Below are positions 9,264 to 18,608 of a stretch of DNA of 64,000 nucleotides, piece by piece. Under the pieces are notes generated by a model. It was not told the DNA's origin. It ran no database searches and was given only the letters and a program-made list of their open reading frames with translations. This DNA comes from Rhodothermales bacterium (GTDB lineage: Bacteria; Bacteroidota; Rhodothermia; Rhodothermales; JANQRZ01), in NCBI GenBank assembly GCA_965215165.1, contig CBDCCX010000006.1, positions 622,959 to 686,958 of the forward strand, given 5' to 3'. The position numbers and the translations under genes were made by a program. Position 1 is the stretch's first letter. Each line of letters begins with the position of its first letter.

Positions 9264-9809
9264 CTAGTCCCGGCTCCCCCCGAAACGGCCGATGGAACGG
9301 GAGGGGGAGGCGTCTGACTCAGGAGCCGGTGACTCAGGAGCCGCCTCCGCCGCCTCGCTGCGGTCCGCCGGGCCGATCGTCTTGGTCCGCGAGGGTCGGA
9401 CCTCCGGGGGTGCCTCGCCGTCTCGCGTCTCGCCGTGCTGCGCCTCGGCGTGCTCGTGGGCGTCGCCGAGCATCTGGGTTTTCATCTGCTGGACGAGGTC
9501 GGCGGCGTCGGCCTTCTGGCGTTCGGCGTCGAGGCGGGCGAGCTCTTCGCGGTCGGCCTCCTGCTTGGCTGCGGCGTCGAGGGCCTCCATCGCTAGCTCG
9601 TAGCGGGCCTCGGCGGTGACGTTCTGCTCGGTCACCTGGCGGAGCATCTCCTCGTGCGTCGCGTCGAGGCCGGAGGGGTCGAGGCTCCGGAGGGCCGCGT
9701 TGATGCCGCCGAGGCGCTTGGCGTCGCGGAGCTGCTGCTTGAGGGCGCGCACCTTGCGGAGGTGCGCCTTTTCCTCCTCCTTCAGTCGGTCGATCTCGTC
9801 GCGGTTCAT
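9264..9809 (-). CDS. Half-size PspA paralog (homologous to the C-terminal helices of the adjacent PspA)
   Basis: ATG at 9809 (aa 133 of ORF 9264..10205; the ORF part upstream overlaps pspA). 181 aa. The segment INAALRSLDPSGLDATHEEMLRQVTEQNVTAEARYELAMEALD aligns without gaps to PspA IADTLEQFEVAGVDQTHDEMLNRVNEQTAKQEARMELALDSID, with 19 of 43 identical by my count. AADLVQQMKTQMLG also parallels ASELVKQFKLEMG. Confidence 0.6.
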   Translation of the reverse strand: MNRDEIDRLKEEEKAHLRKVRALKQQLRDAKRLGGINAALRSLDPSGLDATHEEMLRQVTEQNVTAEARYELAMEALDAAAKQEADREELARLDAERQKADAADLVQQMKTQMLGDAHEHAEAQHGETRDGEAPPEVRPSRTKTIGPADRSEAAEAAPESPAPESDASPSRSIGRFGGSRD

Positions 9810-9825
9810 AGGGGTGCGGTGTGCG

Positions 9826-9851
9826 TCGGGGCGACCGGCCGGTCGCCCCGA
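9826..9851 (-). terminator. Perfect 26-nt palindrome TCGGGGCGACCGG|CCGGTCGCCCCGA between pspA and its half-size paralog
   Basis: Read directly. It lies 15 nt after the pspA stop (9866) and 17 nt before the next ATG (9809). Confidence 0.5.
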
Positions 9852-9865
9852 CAGATGGCACGTGC

Positions 9866-10639
9866 TCAGGCGGAACCGCCGGAGGAGGTCCGCTCGCGGT
9901 CGCGCCCGGCGGTCTTCTCGGCGGCCTCCGGCTCGGGAATGGTCAGCTCCGGCTCGGACGCGGCGGCGACCGGCTCGGCCATGCCCATCTCGAGCTTGAA
10001 CTGCTTGACGAGCTCCGAGGCCTGGATCTCCTGGGCGTCCTCCTCGATCTGCATCGCCTCGGTGTCGATCGAGTCGAGGGCGAGCTCCATGCGGGCCTCC
10101 TGCTTGGCGGTCTGCTCGTTGACGCGGTTGAGCATCTCGTCGTGCGTCTGGTCCACGCCGGCGACCTCGAACTGCTCGAGCGTGTCGGCGATCTTGGCTT
10201 GCCACTGGGCGCGCTCGTGGGCGCGGAGGGCTTCCTTGGCCTCGGAGATCTTCTTCTCGCGCTCGCGCATGAAGGCCTTCTTGACCTGGAGCGCCTTCTC
10301 ATAGGCCTGCTCGGCGTAGCTGAGCTGCTCCGAGGTGCGGGCCTGCGCCTCCTTCGTCTGCTGGAGCTGGAGGGCGTACTTCTGCGCGATGTCGTCGCGC
10401 CCGGCCTGGATGGCGGCCTTGACCTTGTTGGTCAGGTTCTGCAGCTCGGCGGTGTACTTCTTGTTCTCCTTCTGGAGCAGCATCGCGTTCGCCTTGACGG
10501 TGGCGATGTTCTCGTTCATCTTCGGCACCTGGTCGTTCATCTCGCGCATGTTCTGCTCGAGGATCAGGCGCGGGTCTTCCATCGAGGAGATGGCGCCGCC
10601 GAAGAGGGACTTAAGGAGTCGGGAAAATCGCTTCCACAT
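9866..10639 (-). CDS. pspA: PspA/IM30 (Vipp1) family membrane-stress protein
   Basis: 257 aa. The N-terminus MWKRFSRLLKSLFGGAISSMEDPRLILEQNMREMNDQV fits an amphipathic helix followed by the PspA start. The rest is long coiled-coil sequence typical of the family (AKQEARMELA). Confidence 0.85.
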   Translation of the reverse strand: MWKRFSRLLKSLFGGAISSMEDPRLILEQNMREMNDQVPKMNENIATVKANAMLLQKENKKYTAELQNLTNKVKAAIQAGRDDIAQKYALQLQQTKEAQARTSEQLSYAEQAYEKALQVKKAFMREREKKISEAKEALRAHERAQWQAKIADTLEQFEVAGVDQTHDEMLNRVNEQTAKQEARMELALDSIDTEAMQIEEDAQEIQASELVKQFKLEMGMAEPVAAASEPELTIPEPEAAEKTAGRDRERTSSGGSA

Positions 10640-10799
10640 AACGGGAGGGGGCAGAACGGTGAGACGGTGAACGTAGAATCGGTGCCTTTCGGGCAGACAC
10701 GCCGAACGGCTCGCAAGTCTGAAAGTACGAACGCGGGGCGCACAGCAGAACGGGCCTTAGGCGCAGAGAGAGACGCAGCCGGTCGGTTATTGTTGCACC

Positions 10800-12152
<1,353 letters not shown>

Positions 12153-12187
12153 GAGAAGGAAGGCAGGCGACTGGGGATCAACGCAGC

Positions 12188-12218
12188 GAGGCGGCCCACC
12201 GCACGGGTAGGCCGCCTC
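12188..12218 (-). terminator. Hairpin GAGGCGGCC-N13-GGCCGCCTC downstream of rpmE
   Basis: 9-bp perfect arms at 12188-12196 and 12210-12218, 25 nt after the rpmE stop codon. No obvious U-tract. Confidence 0.45.
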
Positions 12219-12242
12219 GAAAGGGGAGCGACGGGGGCCGCC

Positions 12243-12557
12243 TCAGGCGGACTCTCCGGTGGTCTCCGGGGCAGCGGCGTCCGTAGTCTCGGCCGGGGCC
12301 TCCTCGGCGGGCGCATCCTCGGCGGGCGCGGCCTCAGCGGGCGTGTCCTCGGCCTTCTTGCCGTAGCGACGGCGGAATTTCTCGACGCGGCCGGTGGTGT
12401 CCATGAACTGGCGCTTGCCGGTGTAGAACGGGTGGTTGGTCGAGTCCACCTCAGAGGTGTAGGTGTCGCCGCTCATCGTGGAGCGGGTCTGGAACGTGGT
12501 CCCGTCGGCGAGCTTGACGGTGACGAGGTGGTAGTCGGGGTGGAGGTCGGTCTTCAT
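12243..12557 (-). CDS. rpmE: 50S ribosomal protein L31 (Cys-less form) with acidic Ala/Pro/Glu tail
   Basis: ATG at 12557: MKTDLHPDYHLVTVKL...NHPFYTGKRQFMDTTGRVEKFRRRYG is the L31 signature. There are no Cys residues. A C-terminal extension of about 35 aa follows (AEDTPAEAAPAEDAPAEEAPAETTDAAAPETTGESA). Confidence 0.9.
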   Translation of the reverse strand: MKTDLHPDYHLVTVKLADGTTFQTRSTMSGDTYTSEVDSTNHPFYTGKRQFMDTTGRVEKFRRRYGKKAEDTPAEAAPAEDAPAEEAPAETTDAAAPETTGESA

Positions 12558-12757
12558 AGGTCTCGGGAGGGTGGCGCTGCAACGTGGGCAGAGGGGAAAA
12601 ATACAGCGTGGGTCTCGACGGGTCAAACGCCGGGCGGGAGTTCCTGCTGTTTTCGAAAAGGAGAGGCTCCGCGAGCTGAGCTTTTATCACGTACATGGGC
12701 AGGACGCTTGGGGTGCGGACACCTATCTTGCTGCCTTCCCCACCCACTTGGGTCCCC

Positions 12758-13060
12758 ATGAGCCGCTTCACCTTCGACCCGACCTGCGGTCTGGACATCG
12801 CGACGACGACCATCCACACGCTGGAGGATATCGCGACGATCAGCTATTGGGGCTACCGCGTCATCAACCACGACGGCGAGGACGGGCTCTTCATCCACGA
12901 GGCCTACTACGACCACCGCGAGGGGCTGCTCGGCATTGCGAAGAAACCGGCTACCGCCTGCGGCGACTCCCGCGAGGCGCTCCAGGAAACCGTCGGCATG
13001 ATCGCCGACGCCCTCGACGAGCCGACGCTCGAGTTCGCCGACTTCGCGCTCGAAGACTGA
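12758..13060 (+). CDS. Small hypothetical protein (100 aa)
   Basis: ATG at 12758 inside ORF 12695..13060. Third codon positions are GC-rich. The segment YRVINHDGEDGLFIHEAYYDHREGLLGIAKKPATACGDSREALQETVGMIADALDEP is loosely reminiscent of HicB/UPF0150-like folds. This is not confirmed. Confidence 0.45.
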   Translation: MSRFTFDPTCGLDIATTTIHTLEDIATISYWGYRVINHDGEDGLFIHEAYYDHREGLLGIAKKPATACGDSREALQETVGMIADALDEPTLEFADFALED

Positions 13061-13105
13061 ACAGTCAAGGACTGAACAGTCAAGGACTGAACAGTCAAGG
13101 ACTGA
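13055..13105. repeat. 15-bp tandem repeat GACTGAACAGTCAAG x3.4
   Basis: Units lie at 13055-13069, 13070-13084 and 13085-13099, with a partial unit at 13100-13105. All are identical. Each unit contains the inverted half-sites ACTG..CAGT. The array starts inside the last two codons and stop of the upstream ORF. Confidence 0.9.
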
Positions 13106-13315
13106 CCCTCGAGACCGAACGTGGGGGAGGCGACCCCGCGCCGTCGTGTTGTGCGTCTAGAGTGGAGGGTCGGACGGGCGGCGCGGCGCATGGTCCTCAG
13201 ACGAAAACGTCTCTATCTTCCAGCGGTTTGCTCGGGCGACTCGCGCTCGGGCGCTGTTCCGAAGGCGCGGTCGGTTGCCTGGATGGCCGAGCGCAGACTT
13301 CCAGCTAGACGGTAG

Positions 13316-14656
13316 ATGGTGGCTGACCTCCGTCCTATCGCTACGCGGCACCGGCTCTCGTTCCCGCTCGAGCTGCGGCGCGACCACCTCCGGGCCGTCC
13401 TCCGCCTCGCCGACGCGGGCGGCGACGGGGCCGTCGTGGCCTTCAAAAAGCACGACCTCGTTCTGCTCAACCACCCGGACTTGGTGCGGGGGCTCCTCAC
13501 GATGCCCAACATCACGAAGGCACGGGGGATCAAGACGGCGAACTACATCCTCGGCAACGGCCTGCTGACCAGCGACGAGCCGCACCACAGCCGCGCCCGC
13601 CGCCTTGCGCTCCCCGCCTTCCACCGCCGCCGGCTCCAGGGCTACGCCGAGGTCATGGTCCGCCACGCCGCCGAGACGGCCGAGAGTTGGCGCGATGGGG
13701 CGGAGACCGACCTCTACGCGGAGATGACGCGGATGACGATGGAGACCGCCGCCGAGACCCTCTTCGGCGCGAGCGTGGGGCCGGATGTGCCCGCCTTCAG
13801 CGACGCCCTCAGCTACTCGATGGACCTCTTCTGGCAGCACGCGACGAACCCGCTCAGCAAGGTGCTCCTCCGCCTCCCGGTGCCGTCGACGGTCCGTGTC
13901 CGCCGCGCCCGGCAGACGCTCGACGCGCTCGTCTACGGCTTCATCGCCCAGCGCCGCGCCTCGGGCGAGGACACCGGGGACCTGCTCTCGATGCTGCTGG
14001 CCGCCCAGGACGAGGACACCGGCCTCGGACTGAGCGACGAGGAGGTGCGCGACGAGGTGCTCACCCTCCTCGCCGCCGGGCACGACACGATGGCGAACGC
14101 CCTAACCTGGTCGTGGTGGCTGCTCGCGGAGCACCCAGAGGCCCAGGCCACGCTCCACGCGGAGGTCGACGCCGTGCTCGGCACCCGGCGGGCGGGCTTC
14201 GACGACCTGGCCGCGCTCCCGTTCACCCGGCAGGTGTTCAGCGAGGCCATGCGGCTCTACCCCCCGTCGTGGATGATCGTGCGCAAGGCGGCCTGCGAGA
14301 TCGAGATAGGCGGGCGCGCGTTCGCCGAGCGGACTACGTTTCTCGTCTGCCAGTACGCGCTCCACCGCGACCCCCGGTGGTGGCCTGACCCCGAGGCCTT
14401 CCGGCCCGAGCGGTTCAGCCCCGAGGCGCGGCAGGCGCGGCCGAAGTTCGCCTACCTTCCTTTTGGGGCGGGGCAGCGCGGCTGCATCGGCGAGGCGTTC
14501 GCCTGGACCGAGGGCGTGCTGGCGCTCGCGACGGTTGCGCAGCGGTGGCGGATGCACTCGGTCGGCGCGCGGCCGGGGCTGAACCCGACCGTGACGCTGA
14601 GCCCGGACGGCCCGGTGCCGCTCCGCCTCGAGCGCCGCAGCCCGGTGCCGGCATGA
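13316..14656 (+). CDS. Cytochrome P450
   Basis: 446 aa. I-helix LLAAGHDTMANAL, ExxR (SEAMRLYPP), PERF, and heme loop FGAGQRGCIGEAFA. Confidence 0.9.
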   Translation: MVADLRPIATRHRLSFPLELRRDHLRAVLRLADAGGDGAVVAFKKHDLVLLNHPDLVRGLLTMPNITKARGIKTANYILGNGLLTSDEPHHSRARRLALPAFHRRRLQGYAEVMVRHAAETAESWRDGAETDLYAEMTRMTMETAAETLFGASVGPDVPAFSDALSYSMDLFWQHATNPLSKVLLRLPVPSTVRVRRARQTLDALVYGFIAQRRASGEDTGDLLSMLLAAQDEDTGLGLSDEEVRDEVLTLLAAGHDTMANALTWSWWLLAEHPEAQATLHAEVDAVLGTRRAGFDDLAALPFTRQVFSEAMRLYPPSWMIVRKAACEIEIGGRAFAERTTFLVCQYALHRDPRWWPDPEAFRPERFSPEARQARPKFAYLPFGAGQRGCIGEAFAWTEGVLALATVAQRWRMHSVGARPGLNPTVTLSPDGPVPLRLERRSPVPA

Positions 14657-15594
14657 CCGCCGCCGACATCCGCCGCGTGCTCGTCGTCGGGGCTGGGACG
14701 ATGGGGCAGCAAATCGCCCTGCAGACGGCCTGCCACGGCCTCGACGTAGCGCTCTACGATCTCGACGCGGCGGCACTCGACCGGGCGACGGCGCGCATCG
14801 AGGCCTACGCCGCCGCACTCGCCGAGGCCAGCACGCTGCCCGACCCCCAGGCCGCGCTCGCGCGCATCGCACCCTGCACCGACCTGGCCGAGGCGGCGCG
14901 TGAGGCCGACCTGGTCAGCGAGTCGGTGCCGGAGGACCCGTTCCTCAAAGCCCGCGTCTTCGGCGACCTGGACCTCCTCTGCCCCGAGCGCACCGTGTTC
15001 ACGACCAACACGTCGGTGCTCGTGCCGTCGCTCTTCGCCGAGGCGAGCGGTCGCCCGGACCGCCTGCTGGCGTTCCACTTCCACCCCGACGTCTGGCGCT
15101 CGAACGTCGTCGACGTGATGCCGCACCCTGGCACCGATGCAGAGGTGGTCGCGCTCGTCGAGGCTTTCGCCCGGCGGATCGGGCAGGTGCCGATCGTGCT
15201 GCGGCGCGAGCGGAGCGGGTACGTCTTCAACGCGATGCTGAACGTGCTGCTCGAGGCGGCGCAGTCGTTGGTGGCCGGCGGCGTCGCGGCGGCGGAGGAC
15301 GTGGACCGGGCCTGGATGGGGATCACCAAGATGGACCGCGGCCCGTTCGGGACGATGGACCACATCGGCCTCGACACGGTCTGGCAGGTGGTCCACCTCG
15401 CCGCGGAGCGCACCGAGCGGCGCGACCTGAGGCGCAACGCGGCCTATCTCAAGGAGCACTTCCTCGACCAGGGCCGTCTCGGCGTCAAGTCCGGCGCTGG
15501 GTTCTACGCCTATCCCGATCCCGCCTTCGCCCGGCGTGGGTTCGTCGAGGGCGCGGCACCCCACCTCGACGCCGAATCGCGGGAAGGGACCTAG
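14653..15594 (+). CDS. 3-hydroxyacyl-CoA dehydrogenase (NAD-binding, 3HCDH family)
   Basis: ATG at 14653 overlaps the P450 stop (ATGA). Rossmann motif VLVVGAGTMGQQIA. The rest fits a 3HCDH N- and C-domain pattern (FTTNTSVL, LAFHFHPD, SGYVFNAML, GPFGTMDHIGLDTV). Confidence 0.85.
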   Translation: MTAADIRRVLVVGAGTMGQQIALQTACHGLDVALYDLDAAALDRATARIEAYAAALAEASTLPDPQAALARIAPCTDLAEAAREADLVSESVPEDPFLKARVFGDLDLLCPERTVFTTNTSVLVPSLFAEASGRPDRLLAFHFHPDVWRSNVVDVMPHPGTDAEVVALVEAFARRIGQVPIVLRRERSGYVFNAMLNVLLEAAQSLVAGGVAAAEDVDRAWMGITKMDRGPFGTMDHIGLDTVWQVVHLAAERTERRDLRRNAAYLKEHFLDQGRLGVKSGAGFYAYPDPAFARRGFVEGAAPHLDAESREGT

Positions 15595-16883
15595 ATTCCC
15601 TCTGGGCCGAGCCAGCCGCCGGTGAAGCCGCAGCGCCGGAGGCCCTGCACGACCGGCGCGCACGCCCGCATCAAGCGCCACGGCAGGCCGCTCCAGTGGT
15701 TCTCGATCATCAGCACCACCGGCCCCTGGTCGATCCCGTAGTAGTCCGACGAGGCCCACGGCGTCGCCCCGTTCGGGAAGGTCGGGTTGAAGGAGGCGAG
15801 GAAGCCGTAGGGACCCTCGGAGCACGGCATCGCCTCGTCGAGGTGGGCGAGCGTCGGGAGGACGATCTCCGGAGCGAAGGGGAGTGAGGCGGCGACGGCC
15901 CACGGCGCGAGCGTGCCGTCGTCCGGTCCCCACGGGACGCCGCGCGCCCGGTAGTGGTAGAAGTCGACGGCCTCGCCCCCGACGGTGTGGGTGGCCGGGC
16001 CGGGGCCGTCCGAGGCTGTGATGCCCCACACGTGCTCGCCGTAGCCCTGCCGGCCGCGCGTGTTGCGGAGGGCGTAGGCTTGCTGCACGTAGGTCGCCCG
16101 GCGGCTGTTCTCGAAGTAGTCGATCCCGCGCTCGCGCATGTAGGCGTCCTGGAGGCCGCGAAAGTCGACCCAGGCGTGGGAGAGCTGGTGGACGAAAAGC
16201 GGACCCGCCCAGAGGTGGGCGTGGCCGTAGAGCGTCTTCCAGCGGTAGCTCTCGACCCAGAAGTCGTAGTGCGCTCGGCCGAGCGGGAAGGTCGGCGAGC
16301 CGAGCGCGAGGATGTAGAGCAGGAGGGCCTCGTTGTAGCCGCGCCACCGGGCCTTGAGGAAGCCTTCCTCCGGCGTCCATCCGTGCGAGACGCCGACCTC
16401 GTTGCCGTTCGTGGCCCAGTGCCAGTCGGCCCGGCGGTAGAGTGCGTCGGCGAGGGTGCGGAGGTCGGCCTCGTCCTCGCGGTCGAAGTACTGCGCCGCA
16501 GCGAGCGCCCCGGCGAGCAGGAACGTCGTGTCGATGGTAGACAACTCGCACTCCATCGCACGGCGGCCCGACGGCATCTCGAGGAAGTGGTAGTAGAACC
16601 CGCGGTGGCCGGTGGCATCGGGGGCGTCGCTCTGCTCGCTCTCCCAGAAGAACCGGAGCGTGGTGCGGACCCGCTTGGCGGCGTCGGCCCGGTCGAGGTA
16701 GCCGCGCTCGGCCCCGACGGCGTAGCACGCCAGGCCGAGGCCGGTGGCCGCGATGCTGGCCGCCGCACCCGGCTTCGTGCTGTCCGGCACCAGGCCGGTC
16801 TCGGGGTGCGCCGTGTCGGCGAAGAACTGGAAGGTGGCGCGGTGGAGCCGGGCCAGCAGGTCGGACGGAGGGGGAGAAGGCAC
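15591..16883 (-). CDS. GH144-like (PF10091 'glucoamylase-like' (alpha/alpha)6) protein, putative endo-beta-1,2-glucanase, no signal peptide
   Basis: In-frame GTG at 16883, 17 nt after the MBOAT stop. The longer ORF (to 17588) overlaps the MBOAT CDS. Motifs seen: PETGLVPDSTKPGAAASIAATGLGLACYAVGAERGYL, ELSTIDTTFLLAGAL, and GYNEALLLYILALGSPTFP. These parallel the central domain of the neighbouring synthase (TSPTNIGLALNAVQAAYDFGYL, STVDSGNLAGSL). The start codon is uncertain. Confidence 0.65.
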   Translation of the reverse strand: MPSPPPSDLLARLHRATFQFFADTAHPETGLVPDSTKPGAAASIAATGLGLACYAVGAERGYLDRADAAKRVRTTLRFFWESEQSDAPDATGHRGFYYHFLEMPSGRRAMECELSTIDTTFLLAGALAAAQYFDREDEADLRTLADALYRRADWHWATNGNEVGVSHGWTPEEGFLKARWRGYNEALLLYILALGSPTFPLGRAHYDFWVESYRWKTLYGHAHLWAGPLFVHQLSHAWVDFRGLQDAYMRERGIDYFENSRRATYVQQAYALRNTRGRQGYGEHVWGITASDGPGPATHTVGGEAVDFYHYRARGVPWGPDDGTLAPWAVAASLPFAPEIVLPTLAHLDEAMPCSEGPYGFLASFNPTFPNGATPWASSDYYGIDQGPVVLMIENHWSGLPWRLMRACAPVVQGLRRCGFTGGWLGPEGI

Positions 16884-16900
16884 GGCCTGGAGCTGGAAAC

Positions 16901-18451
16901 CTAAAACTGGAAGTAGATGAACTCCTGCGCCCCGTACTCGCCGAACATCAGGACCGAGAGGACGAGCAGGGCGTAGGCAGGGTACCGAAGCCACACCGGC
17001 CGCCGCTTCAAGAACGTGCGGAAATCGCCGCGCCGCGCCGGGTCGCGCCCGTCCTCCCACTCCTCCAGCAGCTCGACCGCCACCAGCACGCCCATCGAGA
17101 GCCAGAGCAGGAAGAACTCGTAGCGCTCGAGGCCGACGACGATGTTGGTGCTGAACGGGTCGAGGGCGTTCTGGATCAGGGTGAAGGCGTCGCCTATCGA
17201 GGCGGCCCGGAAGAACACGAGCACGAAGACGATCAGCGAGAACGTGCACGCCATCTGCACGCCCATCTGCACGGCGGTGGGCGCGTGCCGGACGATCCGG
17301 TCGCGGAGCGCAGCCGGTGCGGCCACGCCCATGGGCTGGACCGAGGTGACGCGGCCCGCGACTCGCCAGTAGAGGCTCCCGGCCCGCTGCCAGAGGCGCT
17401 CCCGCGTGGGGCGCGTCGCCACGGCGAAGGCGAGGAACGCCCCGTGGAGCACGCCCCAACTCACAAAGGTCCAGCTCGCCCCGTGCCACAGCCCGCACAC
17501 CGCGAACACGAAAAAGGAGTTGAAGGCCCATTGCCACGGCGGCACGCGGCTGCCGCCCATCGGGAAGTAGAGGTAGTCCCGGAACCACGTCGTCAGGCTG
17601 ATGTGCCAGCGGCCCCAGAACTCGATGAGCGTCCGGGAGAGGAAGGGCCGGCGGAAGTTCTCCATCAGCCGGTAGCCCATCACCTGCGCCGCACCGATGG
17701 CGACGTTAGAGTAGCCGGCGAAGTCGCAGTAGATCTGGAACCCGAACACGAACGTCGCCAGGATGACGGGCCAGCCCGTGTGCGCCTCGGGGTTGGCGTA
17801 GACCGTGCCGACGTAGAGCGCCGCCCGGTCGGCCACCACCAGCTTCATGAAGAACCCCCACGCCATCAGCTTCAGCCCGTCGACCGCCAGCGACCACCGC
17901 AGCGGGTGCCGCTCGCGGAACTGCGGCAGCAGCGACTGGCTCCGCTCGATGGGCCCGGCCACCAGCTGCGGCCAGAAGCACACGTAGAGCGCGAAGAGGC
18001 CGAGGTGCCGCTCGGCCTCTTGCCGCCCGCGGTAGACGTCGATCGAGTAGGCCAGCGTCTGGAAGGTGTAGAAGCTGATCCCGACCGGCAAGAGGATCTC
18101 GAAGGCCGGCATGTCGACCAAGACGTTGAACGGGCGGAAGGCGGCCTCGACGGAGTCGCCGAAGAAGTCGGCGTACTTGAAGAAGAAGAGGATGCCGAGG
18201 TTCGAGGCCAGGCTCAGCAGCAGCAGCGGCCGGCGTGCGTCGCGGGAGTCGCGGCGGGCCATGGCCAGGCCGGCGGCGTAGTCGATGAGCGTCGAGACGA
18301 GGATGAGCGCGAGGTACTCGAGCTTCCAGCAGGCGTAGAAGTAGTAGCTGGCGGCCAGCAGGAAGGCCCAGCGTGCGCGGTGGGGCAGCGCGAAGTAGAG
18401 CGCGACGACGGCCGGGAAGAAGACGACGAAGTCGATCGAGTTGAATAGCAT
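16901..18451 (-). CDS. MBOAT family O-acyltransferase (AlgI/DltB-like)
   Basis: ATG at 18451 (MLFNSIDFVVFFPAVVALYF). Polytopic membrane protein. MBOAT core motifs FWGRWHISLTTWFRDYLYFPMGGSR and GLWHGASW are present. Confidence 0.85.
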   Translation of the reverse strand: MLFNSIDFVVFFPAVVALYFALPHRARWAFLLAASYYFYACWKLEYLALILVSTLIDYAAGLAMARRDSRDARRPLLLLSLASNLGILFFFKYADFFGDSVEAAFRPFNVLVDMPAFEILLPVGISFYTFQTLAYSIDVYRGRQEAERHLGLFALYVCFWPQLVAGPIERSQSLLPQFRERHPLRWSLAVDGLKLMAWGFFMKLVVADRAALYVGTVYANPEAHTGWPVILATFVFGFQIYCDFAGYSNVAIGAAQVMGYRLMENFRRPFLSRTLIEFWGRWHISLTTWFRDYLYFPMGGSRVPPWQWAFNSFFVFAVCGLWHGASWTFVSWGVLHGAFLAFAVATRPTRERLWQRAGSLYWRVAGRVTSVQPMGVAAPAALRDRIVRHAPTAVQMGVQMACTFSLIVFVLVFFRAASIGDAFTLIQNALDPFSTNIVVGLERYEFFLLWLSMGVLVAVELLEEWEDGRDPARRGDFRTFLKRRPVWLRYPAYALLVLSVLMFGEYGAQEFIYFQF

Positions 18452-18608
18452 CGCGCACGCCCCGAGTAAAGACGACTCAGCCGGCGGCGAGGAAAGAGCC
18501 GTTTCCCACGCCCCCCGCAAGACTTAGCCGGCAAGGTAGCGCAGAAGGCACCGATCCGCGCTGCACGCCTTGGTCCCTGTACGCCTCGGTCAGGGCGCTC
18601 CGGCGGGG

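Noticed and set aside
9264-10205. The full 313-aa ORF as one protein
   Set aside because: The first 132 codons overlap the pspA CDS and the palindrome and are Arg/Gly/Asp-rich. The coiled-coil protein begins at the internal ATG at 9809.
10640-10799. A sigma-54 type promoter upstream of pspA, as in Proteobacteria
   Set aside because: I found no TGGCAC-N5-TTGC-like element with correct spacing on the pspA strand. The only GG/GC pair seen has the wrong spacing and is on the wrong strand.
15591-17588. The full 665-aa ORF as the glucanase gene
   Set aside because: Its N-terminal 235 codons overlap the MBOAT CDS in another frame and look like shadow sequence. The in-frame GTG at 16883, just after the MBOAT stop, gives a protein of normal GH144-like length.
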